A program made the translations under genes and the position numbers. 64,000 bases of DNA, from positions 18,414,001-18,478,000 of the forward strand of contig JBHGNT010000004.1 of the NCBI GenBank assembly GCA_043228905.1, written 5' to 3'. Within the stretch, counting starts at the first letter, position 1, and the number at the start of each line of letters is the position of its first letter. Positions 38,056 through 49,739 of this stretch are shown piece by piece. The notes beneath the pieces were generated by a model. The model was given only the letters and a program-made list of their open reading frames with translations. It was not told the DNA's origin and ran no database searches. Source of the DNA: Azolla caroliniana (lineage: Eukaryota; Plantae; Polypodiophyta).

Positions 38056-39688
38056 ACATCAAACTAAAGAATATACTATACGTTAAATGTTTTATATTAT
38101 ATGCCTATGCCGGAAAACAAATCTAAAACCCAATCATCTAGGTCTGAAAATATCTCGATTAGGCAGTTGATAATTCTTTTTGGTTTTTGGTCTAGGTTCA
38201 CTTGGCTCTTATTACCAGATATATGTTGTAGCTTCATTGACATGTGCCCAAGCCTTCTTCTTCGTAATTGCATCGTAGTACCCCACACAAAGATGTTCAA
38301 TCACACTAACCATTCGATCACCCGAAGTATGCGTGATATTAGTTTAAATCCTATTATCATACAATCGTGTTAAGAATACAATTTGCAAATATATAATAGT
38401 AAATCAAAACAACTTGTAACTTACCAATGCATATGTTCTATTTGTGTGAAATCTCGACTTTAAAGCCATTGTGACAGACAATGATTGGCCCATGCTATGG
38501 AATATTACAATCCTCCATAAAGGTGGAAGGGTCAACTCGGCGAAGTCTTTCACCATTTTCTTTATCTTTGGATCCCATGATCTGGAATCCAGATGGAATG
38601 TTAGTGATAAGTAAAGTATAGTGCCTCTTGAGTAATATGTTTAGCATAGTACCTACTTCCCCGTTGAATACACTATAGTGCAATTGTCAATTTAGGGTCG
38701 AATCTGTGCAGTAAACTTTTCACTGTCTCTAAATCTTCAGGCACTTTCAACTCCTTACCTTTTGTCATTCTTTTTTCATACTTTTATTGTTCCAAATGTG
38801 TACTAAATGAGCTTGGAATACCTTCATTAGTGTCTCCAACTTTTTTGGAGCGAGGAGGTTTTTGCAATTATTAATTTGGTTAGGGCAAGCCACGATAAAC
38901 AATTTAAGTAAAAGTATGAAGATACTTACCCATTCTCTAAATACGATAAAAAATTCTTCCAAGGCCTTGTATGGTGATGTCATTGGGCATTCCTGTTTAA
39001 CTTCCTCTGATGTTGGCAATGACAAGTTCTTCATCATTAGCTCTTGGATCTTCATGTATACTTTATGGCTAACAACCAAACAAATTACGGGTCAATCATG
39101 CTAAGAAAACAAGAAGTCAATAAAAAAAGAAGCTATGAATAATACTTAATTCTGAAATTTAGTAACCATCTGTCCAAGCTAAACTCCTTGGCGGCTACTC
39201 GTGAAAGTACAGATATTAATAACCTGTCGTCTTTAATGCCTTGTAACGACTGCCAAGGGAACAACTTCATATCTTCGGGGTGATCCTCCATAATCAAATT
39301 ACTTTTACATGACTTTGACTTCATTTCCACATGTGGATCTAGTTTAGCCTTCTTTGATTGTTGTCCTTTCACCTCTTTCCGCTCCCACATGCTAAATAAA
39401 TATTTTGTCTTGCAAATCCCAAACCTCCCCTGTTCTAAAGCCTAGTTGAAAGCACGAGTCATATTTCCTCAATGCTTCCGACCTCGTGGTTTCATCAACT
39501 GCTATACCCACCTCCAACACACATTGTCGACGCGGTTTGGATGTAGTCTGGGACCATGTCTTTGCAATGCATCATTGTACTCGTGGTGAGAAAATCTAAT
39601 TCACTTGATACAAGACATCTTTTCTCTATAATCATTATCATTATTTTGGTCCTAGGCTAACAAATTGGCCTCTTCTATCACGAGATAG

Positions 39689-41821
39689 TGACATGAAATA
39701 CATAGTTGGTGAGGATTGAACCTACAATCTCCCATCAACAAGATGACATGCTCAACCATTTTGATATGAGCATGCATTTGTATTTAATGGTTTAGTAGTC
39801 TAGCATATAGTACATTTCAGAATCAGAATATTCTAGTCGTTAGTATATTCTAGAAATATTGTACGGTATATTCTAGAGATATTTCTTGAGTATATTCTAG
39901 AGATATTCAATCTTGGAACATGTATAAATACTTGTAACCTCCTTGATCCCTTTCGAGGGATTGAACACCATTCATTGACACAACAATCTAGTATTTCTCA
40001 TTTCGCCCCATCTTGTCGTCGTTTCCAACTTCTAGAGTTCCTAGCCTCGTCACTTCTAACTCCAAGTTCATAGCCCGTCACTTGTAGCCCCATCATCCGT
40101 GCTCTGTCCTAGTGCGCACTTGGTGTGTCCGTGATAATTTGAATCCCTTCCAACTGGAAGCATCACCCCTCTTCATAATCACCCTTGCTTTTAGAGTTGC
40201 CATCATCACCGTCCTTGCTTCTAGAGTTACCATCATCAACATCCTAGTCTTCGACCTCATCTTTTTCAGAACCTCATCGGCCAACCTTTCATCGTAATCA
40301 ACACTAATTTTTATCATTTATAGGTATCATTTTGCATTACGATTTTTGTGAAGATTGCTTTTGATCGCTCACCTTCCAAGTTTCGGTGGGGGTTACAACT
40401 GCTCACTTTCCTAGTGGAATCAAATCATTTCTCGTTGCATTCCATTTCCATTTTTCAAGTCTCGTGCCACTTTCCTTTAGTGATGATCGATTTCAATCGC
40501 TTACCTTCTAGTTTTGGTGGGGGTCACAACTGCTCACTTTCCTGGTGGGGATCGCATTGGTTTCTTGCTAATGCTACCGTTTGTGTTGTGTTTTGGGTCA
40601 ACCTCGACTATTTACCCTCTCATAATAGAAGAAGTCGAGTTGACCGCTTCACTTGCAGTCCTTCGCCCGTTCATGTTCCAGTTCCCGGTGAGGGACGCAT
40701 GGTCGCTCACTTTGGTTTGTGTTTCCGATGAGGACCACACATGGTCACTCATGTTCCAATTCCCAGTGAGGGCCACACATGGTTGCACATGCTCGTTTTC
40801 TCACACTTGTTCGTGTTCGAGTTCCCGATGAGGACCCCACATGGCGGTGCTGAAAACCGGCAAGGAAAGGCTGACACGTAATGCTAGTATTGTGGCAAGA
40901 AAGGCCATAGAGAGAGCGAGTCTTGGAAGAAGCGCTCTGATTCGGAAAAATCTGGATTCGGGAGAACCGGCAAAGGTCGCACTACGCCGAGGGATTAGAA
41001 GGACCTATAACCAAAAAACCCGGAAAAGGGCCGGCCTTTGTGATGAAGCACAAGGCTAACTCGATCAAGAAGACTAGTTCCAAATCGGAGGAAGTGTGGT
41101 ACATTGACTCCGGGTCCTCTAACCACATGACGAGTCACGAAGAGTGGTTCTCGTTTCTAGAAAAGCTGGAGCAACCAAGAGTTATCGAGACCAAAGATGA
41201 CACTCCTCACCCGATCATGTATGTTGGAGAAGTTCCCTTGAGTCATGTCGGACAAAGAGGGAAGCTTATAAACATGCTTCACGTCCTGACAATCACAGAA
41301 AACATGGTGTCGGTAAGGCAGATCATCGACCAGGGGATGCATGTGTGGTTTATGCACCTCGGTGCTTCATCAAGGAAGAAAGCCAGATAATCTCGCAAGT
41401 GCACCGAGACGGGAGGTTGTTTATCCTCGACACCAATGATGTAGGCACCACTTTGTTTACGAAAGGAAAAAAATTCGAGTCGAACATGGACTTATGGCCT
41501 AAGCGGATCGATCACGTCAAATACAAGAGGCTTCAAGATCTGCCATCGAAACAAATCGTATTCGAATTGCCAAAAATTAGTGGCCGGATGGTCCAAACTC
41601 GTGCAGCTTGCCAACTTGGGAAGTAAAACCGGCTTGCATTTCCTACTGAAACAAACCGGAGTCGTAACAAGCTCGACATGATACGTTCGGATGTATGGGA
41701 ACCGGTAGAAAACGTTAGTCTTGGCGGGAGTCGATATTTTGTCTCCTTCATCAACGACTACGGCCGACACACATGGATCTATCTAATAGAGAAGAAAAGC
41801 GAGGTCTTTGACTGTTTCCGG
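39689..41821 (+). mobile_element. Degenerate LTR-like sequence plus copia protease/integrase fragment
   Basis: Starts with TG where the MTase homolog breaks. TATAAATA at ~39923. WYIDSGSSNHMTSH and integrase pieces at 41040-41820 are related to copia C. Confidence 0.6.
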
Positions 41822-42770
41822 TGTTGAATATGGGCTTCTAATGGATGTATTCACACCGTGTCCTTTGTACACACTAGGCTTAGGCTACTTATGTAAATAG
41901 TGAGAAGGACAGTAGCCCTAAGTCAGTCAGTATATAAACTGACTTTGTAACCTCGTTATAAGTTGTTGCACTCTTTGTGGCTATTACAATATATTCTGAG
42001 TTGTGCCTAACTGTCTCTCTCTCTCTAGCGCACTAGTTGCATTCTTGTTTCTCTGTGTATGTTTCTATCAATCCACTGTGATCTTGTATCTGCTTATGAT
42101 CTTCAGAGAGAGGAGTGTTGATCTTGTTCCGCATCAGATGACGACACTCCCAACATATGGCATCAGAGCTTGGTTTTGTTTGATTCAGCCGCCGCCATCT
42201 ATCTAACCTCCATCGGCAACTCTTCTCCTGTACACCTTGAAGATCTCGATTGGCAACTCCTGTTGAAATCGCATTTGACGAAGAGAGACAACCGAAGATC
42301 TGCACTCCACTATTCGAAATCACTCTTGAAGCCACACCCGTGCCTCACTCGGTTAGGCGGAAATCGAATAGCTCATCTGACGCTATCCCCTCACTCCCCA
42401 TAACCACTTGAAGCAAACATGACTCCAGGGGCAACCCCAATCCGTGTTTCATTCGGCTGAACAATTTCGGGAGGACCAGATGGCTCTGTCCCTCTCATCG
42501 GTGCAGTTACCCGAAATAGGATTGGCCTGGAGAATCACACATAATCCGTGTTGGGAAATCTCGAAAAATCGATGTGACTAGTGTCCGACAAATTGAGGTT
42601 CAATTCGACTAAGTCAGTTGACTGTAGTCACTCTGAACAAGATTCATCTATATTCGAAACCGACATGACTTGTGCCCAACTCCAGCTAGAACGACATCGA
42701 GTGAGTCTAGTTGCTCCACTCCACCATAGTTCGTAGTTGACTCCGGACAAAGTCTATTAAACTAACATAG

Positions 42771-45700
42771 TGTTGAACAACAGTGCTCGGCCACCACCAA
42801 GTAGTAGGATCGATTCACAGAAAACGGGAAATACAAAAAAAAAGAAAATGCACGAAGACAATAGAGAGAAGAGTACACAGGATGTTTTACGTGGAAAACC
42901 CTAAATGGGAAAAACCACGGGAGTCCTCTAACTCCAACTATCACTATACACAGAGATGTACAATGGTGAAGCTACAAAGGCAACAACCTTGAGCTCACTG
43001 CCTTCGCCACAGGCGGCGGTATTACACAGAGGCGTCGACCTCTTCCTTCCTCTCCCTCTCTCTCTCTCGGCTGCTCTCACTTTGCTCTCTCGGCTGAAAA
43101 CATAAAAAATGAGCAACAACATAAAACTGTTTGCCCTAAGTCATATTTATACACATATGACTTTCGGGTTATTTACAAATATAGCCTCAAGGGCCCTTGG
43201 TAAGCATATTCACAAATATGTCCCCGCATCCGGATCTCGCTCCGGGTACGTTCATCATCCGGCTCAGTAGCCGGGGTCTTCATCATCCGGCTCCGTAGCC
43301 GAGGTCTTCATCATCCGGCTCCGTAACCGTAACCGTAACCGGGATTGCCGTCATTCATCTCCGGACATCCCATCCGGAGGGACCGAAAATCCCAACAAAC
43401 TCCCCCTTCACTTCGGCATGGGATGTCTCTCCAATCCGATACTCTTCCGGCATGCTTCCAGCTTGTCGGGTGTAAGTACCTTAGTCAGCATATCCGACCC
43501 GTTCTCGTCCGTGTGGATCTTCGTCAGCACGAACTCCTTGTCTTCTATCCTTTCCCGGATCCAGTGGTATCTACGCTGGATGTGCTTCGTCCGGGAGTGA
43601 TAGGCCGCATTCTTCGCAAGGTGGATGGCACTCTGACTGTCGCAGTAGAGTCGGTACTCCTCTTGCCGGATACCGAGCTCTCTAATGAAGTCCTTCATCC
43701 ATATTATTTCCTTCCCGGCTTCAACAGCCGCCATGTACTCCGCCTCCGTGGTTGACAACGCAACCGTCTTCTGCAGCCTCGACTGCCACGAAACAGCTCC
43801 CCCTGCATACGTCATCACATACCCTGATGTGGACCGGCTGGTATCTGCATCGGCCGACATATCCGAATCGGTAAAGCTGTCAAGTTCGGGCTTACCGGAG
43901 CCGAATCGGAGGCACACGTTTGCCGTGCCCTTCAGGTATCAGAGTATCCACTTGGCCGCGTTCCAGTGCTCTTTGCCGGGATTGCTCATGTACCGGCTCA
44001 CCACTCCGACTGCATATCCTATGTCCGGTCTTGTACACACCATTGCGTACATCAAGCTTCCGACGGCAGAGGCATATGGTACTTTCATCATGTCCTCCTT
44101 CTCAGCCTTTGTCTTGGGGCTTTGCTTGCTGGACAACTTGCAGTTTGCCGGGAGGGTTGACCCGACCGGTCTTGCTTCCGACATGTTGAAACGGTGAAGC
44201 ACCTTTGTCACGTACTTCTCCTGTGACAGCCACAACTGCTTCTTCTTCCGGTCCCGGATGATGTGCATCCCTAGTATTTGCCTCGCCGGACCCAGGTCCT
44301 TCATTGAGAAGGTTCGGTGAAGCGCTTTCTTCAGCATCCGTATCTTGACCTGGTCCCGTCCGACGATCAACATGTCGTCCACGTACAGGAGGAGTATTAG
44401 AAAGTCTCCTCCTTCGAACTTCTTCACAAACACGCAGTGATCGGACTGCGTTTTGTGGTACCCTTCGTCGGTCATGAAAGAGTCGAACTTCCGGTACCAT
44501 TGCCGGGGAGCCTGCTTCAGTCCGTAAAGGCTCTTCTTCAACCGGCATACCAGGTGCTCCTTCCCTTTCTTCTCGAATCCTTCCGGTTGCTGCATGTAGA
44601 TCTCTTCTTCGAGGTCACCGTGAAGGAATGCCGTCTTCACGTCCATCTGTTCTACCTCGAGGTCCATGCTTGCCGCTATGCTCAGCACCGTCCGGATGGA
44701 GGTCATCTTCACTACCGGGGCAAATATCTCGTCGAAGTCGACGCCCTTCTTCTGTTGGAACCCCTTCACCACGATCCTGGCTTTGTATCTCGGGGGGTTT
44801 CCGGCATCTCCCGGTTTCAGCTTGAACACCCACTTGTTTCGAAGTGCCCGCTTTCCTTTCGGCAACTCCACAAGTTCATATGTGTGGTTCTCATGCAGGG
44901 AATCCATCTCCTCCTGCATGGCACTTAACCACCTGCGGCTATGGGTGTCAAGCTTTGCTTCTTCAAAACTCTCCGGCTCCCCTTCGTCGGTTAGCAGCAC
45001 GTGCTCTGGTTCCGGAAATCTCCGGGGGGCCCTTCTCTCTCTTAGAGGATATCTCCGTTCCGGAGCTTCGGTAACCGGCTCCTCCGTTTCCTCTTCATCC
45101 GAATCCATTTCGGGATCGGGGCCGGTTCCGGTATCAGTTTCATCCTCCTCGGCCGGTTCTGTTTCTTCACCGTCTTCGGCCGGATCCTCGAGTGCTAACC
45201 GGTCCCTTGCCGGTCGGGACTGCTCCTCGTAGAGTTGATCCTCACGGTCGACTTGGAGCTCTTCATCTTCTTCTCCGACTCCCAGTCGGCGAGTGTCTTG
45301 TCCTCCATGAAGATGATATCACGACTCCGGAATGTCTTTTTGTCGACCGGGTCCCATACTCGGTAGCCGAACTCGTCGTTGCCGTAACCGAGGAATATGC
45401 ATGGCCGGGTCTTTGGATCTAACTTTCCTCTCCGGTCCTTTGCCACATGCACGTATGCGAGACACCCGAACACCTTCAAATGCCGGTAGGATACTTCCCT
45501 ACAGGTCCACACTCTCTGCGGCGTGTCTCCGTCCAAAGGTACTGAGGGTGATCTGTTTATCATGTATGTCGCCGTCGACATTGCCTCAGCCCAAAACCCC
45601 TTGGGTAATTTCGCATGCGCCAGCATACTCCGGACCCTCTCCATTATGGTCCGGTTCATCCTCTCGGCCAGCCCGTTCAGTTCCGGCGTCTTCGGCACAG

Positions 45701-48116
45701 TAAACTCGAGCCGGATTCCCCTCGAGCGACAGTACTCCTCGAACTGCCCCCGGTATTCCCCTCCGTTATCCGCTCGTATCGCTTTCAGCTCCTTGCCGGA
45801 TTCCCTTTCCACTCTCGCGTGGAGTTCTTTGAAGACGGACAATACTTGGTCCTTTGTCTTCAACGGTGCCGTCCACAGCTTCCGGCTATGGTCATCTATG
45901 AATGTTACGAAGTACTGGGCTCCGCCATGTGACTTCGTTTCTACCTGACACACATCAGTGTGTACCAACTCCAATGGTACACTACGTCTCGTCGGTGGCC
46001 TTGAGTGGAAGGAGGTTCGGTTCTGTTTACCGGCCAGGCAATCGGTGCACTTCTCCAGGTGCACATGCTTCACTGGAATAAGGTTGTCTTCTGCAAGCCT
46101 CTTCATCCCCTTCTCACTCATGTGACACAGTCTCTTGTGCCACAGCTCACCGGCAGTATCGGCTGCCACGTTCAGCTCCTCCGGACATAGCCGAGAATTC
46201 ATCAGGTACAGTGTGTTGACCTTCCGGGCCCGAGCCACTATCAGGCTCCCTTTGCTGAACTTCATGACACCGTTCCGGATGCTACCCGTGTAGCCTTCAT
46301 CGTCTAGCCTCCCGGCCGAAATCAGGTTCAATCGGACCTCCGGAACGTGTCGTACATCCTTCAGCAGCATCTTGCATCCGGTTGATGTCATCAGCCACAC
46401 GTCTCCTATGCCGGCAATCCGACATGTGCCTTCATTTCCCATCCGGACACAGCCGTGCTCACCGGCTGTGTAGGATGAGAAGTATTTCTTCTCCGGGGTC
46501 AGGTGGAACGACGCTCCGGAATCGACCACCCAGGTCATCTCTACACCGGCAAGGTTCAGCTCCCTCTCTTCGGTAATGAGCATTATCTCTTCTTCACTTG
46601 CCGCGAGTGCCGACGTTCCTTTCCGGTCCTGCCCTCGCCGATCCGGACCTCTCCGGTCCGTGGCTCCCCGGTATGCACCGTTTCTCTCCGGTGACTTCTT
46701 CGAATCGGTGTCGTCGGCTCCGTTGTCCTTTCGGTAATGCCGACAATTCTTCCGGAAGTGCCCCGGCTTCCCACAGTGGAAGCATGTGGGTCTTCCTCTT
46801 GACTGCGACCGGGTCCCCGACTTCTCCCGTCTTTGCGGACTCCGGTTCCACTGTCTTCCCCGATCCGATTCGGTAAGCAGCATCTTCGGATCGGAAACCG
46901 GTTCTTTATCTCTCCGACGCGCTTCTTCGTTCAAAATGCTTGTCTTTACCGTTTGTAGAGACAAGTTATCTTCGGTGCAGGAGGTGCTGAGAGTCACCAC
47001 CAAGTTCTCCCAGCTTTCCGGCAATGTACACATCAGAATGATGGCTTGCATTGCATCCTCCAACGGGAACTTGATCACCGCAAGCTGGTTCACGAATCCC
47101 ATGAACGTGCTCACGTGTTCCACCATATTCTCGCCGTCCCGGTACTTGAGGTTCACTATCTTCCTCATCAGGGAGGTCCGGTTCAACGCATTCTTCCTCT
47201 CGTAGAGGCCCGACAGCTTCTTCCACATCTCATATGCGTTGGTGTCGTTCGCCACATGTTGCAGAACACTTACATCTACATATTGCCAGATCGTCGCTAC
47301 GGTTTTCCGGTTCAGGAGCTTCCACTCCGACTCGATTACCCCCTTGGGTATCTCGGCATTGTCGATCGGTTCGTACAGGTCTCGGACGATGAGAAGGTCT
47401 TCCATCTTTATCTTCCAGTCGGCGTAGTTCTGTGAGTTCAACACCATCATGCCCGGAGGCCCACTACCGCCGCCTTCCATTTTCTGTGTTAACCGTGCTC
47501 TGATACCAGATTGTTGAACAACAGTGCTCGGCCACCACCAAGTAGTAGGATCGATTCACAGAAAACGGGAAATACAAAAAAAAAGAAAATGCACGAAGAC
47601 AATAGAGAGAAGAGTACACAGGATGTTTTACGTGGAAAACCCTAAATGGGAAAAACCACGGGAGTCCTCTAACTCCAACTATCACTATACACAGAGATGT
47701 ACAATGGTGAAGCTACAAAGGCAACAACCTTGAGCTCACTGCCTTCGCCACAGGCGGCGGTATTACACAGAGGCGTCGACCTCTTCCTTCCTCTCCCTCT
47801 CTCTCTCTCGGCTGCTCTCACTTTGCTCTCTCGGCTGAAAACATAAAAAATGAGCAACAACATAAAACTGTTTGCCCTAAGTCATATTTATACACATATG
47901 ACTTTCGGGTTATTTACAAATATAGCCTCAAGGGCCCTTGGTAAGCATATTCACAAATATGTCCCCGCATCCGGATCTCGCTCCGGGTACGTTCATCATC
48001 CGGCTCAGTAGCCGGGGTCTTCATCATCCGGCTCCGTAACCGTAACCGTAACCGTAACCGGGATTGCCGTCATTCATCTCCGGACATCCCATCCGGAGGG
48101 ACCGAAAATCCCAACA
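42771..48116 (-). mobile_element. Young Tnt1-like copia element E; LTRs 42771-43397 and 47512-48116, TSD CATAG
   Basis: Near-identical LTRs that differ in internal tandem-repeat number. PBS at 47497-47508. The empty site with a single catag is visible at 50118-50122. Confidence 0.95.
43408..47480 (-). pseudogene. gag-pol of copia E (one frameshift near 45230, one stop at 43939)
   Basis: Three collinear ORFs cover gag, PR, IN, RT and RH. The pol is very similar to that of element B. Confidence 0.92.
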
Positions 48117-49142
48117 CATAGATGGCATCAACATCCGGCTCGTCAAAGATGAGTCTAAGGAAATTCAACAGATCGAACTTCAACTTCTGGAAGGAGCAGA
48201 TGTAGGACTATTCAATAGTCAAGAGGCAAATTGACCCCATTGAGAATGAAGACCCTCCAGAAGGGTACAAGCCACTTGAATGGGAAAAGCTCGACAGAAT
48301 TGTCCGAGCCACCATTCGAATGCACCTATCAGAGTTTGTGTACTTCACAATGCAATCGTGTTCAACTGCCCTCCAACTGTGGAAGACACTTTCGGACACT
48401 TACGAAAAGAATGTCACCGCCATCAAGATATACCTGGTTCGGTGCCTTTATAACCTTGGGATGAAAGAGTCTGACTCGGTCCAAGCACACCTGAACGAGT
48501 ACGAAAGCTTACGCTCCCAAATTGCGGCCTAGGGGACGACTGTCGAGGATGAACTAAAAGCAATGCTGCTTATGAGTAGTCTCCCTCCTTCTTGGGAAAC
48601 TTTTGTTACAACCATGTGCAATGCGTCGACAACTATTGTCAAGTACTTAGTCACGAGTGCAATTCTTACTGAAGCAACTTGAAGAAAATCATTTGCAAAC
48701 GATTCAACCAACAATGCCTACATAGTACAAGGTTCGACCGACGGATCGAACAATCTCGTTCACTAGTTTCAATCTACCCCTTTCCCCCTTCCTTTTTTCT
48801 AGAATTACATTCATACCCCTCCCTCTTTTAGTAATTTTCTCGTACCCCTCCCCCTTTCATTCTTCTTAATCTCACTCTACCCTTTCCTCCTCCACTTTAA
48901 TTTCCAATCTACCCTCCAATTCTTCCTACCCCCCTCCTTTTTTCAAAGATCTCCATACAATCTAACATACTTCACCATCCCTAACTCCCACCTCACACAC
49001 TTCTCTCCTACCCTTCCTCTCTCTTTCTCTCTCACACTCCCCAACATGTTTTTCAAATAAGCCCAAAAATTCTTCTATCCCACACCAAATATATCAAACC
49101 CCATATCTCCTACATCATCAAATTTGAACACACACACACACA

Positions 49143-49182
<40 letters not shown>

Positions 49183-49219
49183 TCCCTTATCTTCCCTAGA
49201 TAAACCCCTCCAATTCTAT

Positions 49220-49277
49220 ATGGTCATGTGCACTGATGAGCTCCTTAGGAGCGAAACTAGTTTGCCACATCGACCAT
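49220..49277 (+). ncRNA. Minimal type-I hammerhead ribozyme 1
   Basis: atggtc-atgtg-ca | CTGATGA | gctcc-tta-ggagc | GAAAC-ta-GTT | tgc-cacat-c-gaccat. The conserved core, stem II, short palindromic stem III and bulged stem I are all present. Confidence 0.85.
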
Positions 49278-49538
49278 TTCTTTGGATTACTTTTTAAGTT
49301 TCTTAATATGAATTAGTTTTTAGTCTATTTCTCTCTCTCTAAACTTTGTACATATCTCTCTCCCTCCCTCTCTCTCCCTCTCTCTATAATTCTCACTCTT
49401 AATCTCACATTCACCCACCGATTGTATACCGTTCGCACTCCTTGTATTGACCTCACGGTCTAGAACTCAGAACTCCCCCCTCACCATCATCATTATACTA
49501 ATTCCCCCTCTCTCATTCCCTATAACTTTCCTACACAC

Positions 49539-49575
<37 letters not shown>

Positions 49576-49684
49576 CCACATTCTATTCTACCTCATCTAC
49601 TACACAAATAAAATCCTCCCCACTCCTTTTCTCTCACTCCCTCTTCCTTCCCACCCCTTTATAAATTACATTCTCTTGTTGTAA

Positions 49685-49739
49685 TGGTCTTTGCACTGAA
49701 GAGCTCCACTATTGAGCGAAACTAGTTTGCCTAAGACCA
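49685..49739 (+). ncRNA. Minimal type-I hammerhead ribozyme 2
   Basis: tggtctttgca | CTGAAGA | gctc-cactatt-gagc | GAAAC-ta-GTT | tgcctaagacca. Same architecture as ribozyme 1, with stem I sequence changes that preserve pairing. Confidence 0.82.

Larger units (their letters stand above)
31890..39680 (-). pseudogene. Diverged ParB-MTase homolog, interrupted in its last intron by copia C
   Basis: Fragments MWERKEVKGQ, HKVYMKIQ..TSPYKAL, ITNIPSGF, DQKPKRIINCLIEIFS..DWVLDLFSGIG and WDCPDQYQEVGAK match the 16395-21277 protein. Introns fall at the same positions. Frameshifts and stops are present. Confidence 0.88.
30361..39688. mobile_element. Partial, diverged second MTase-carrying transposon
   Basis: Starts with AACAC exactly where the gag fragment breaks, then an AT-rich arm and an MTase homolog in the same layout as 15348-19600. 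The other end is not seen. Confidence 0.6.
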
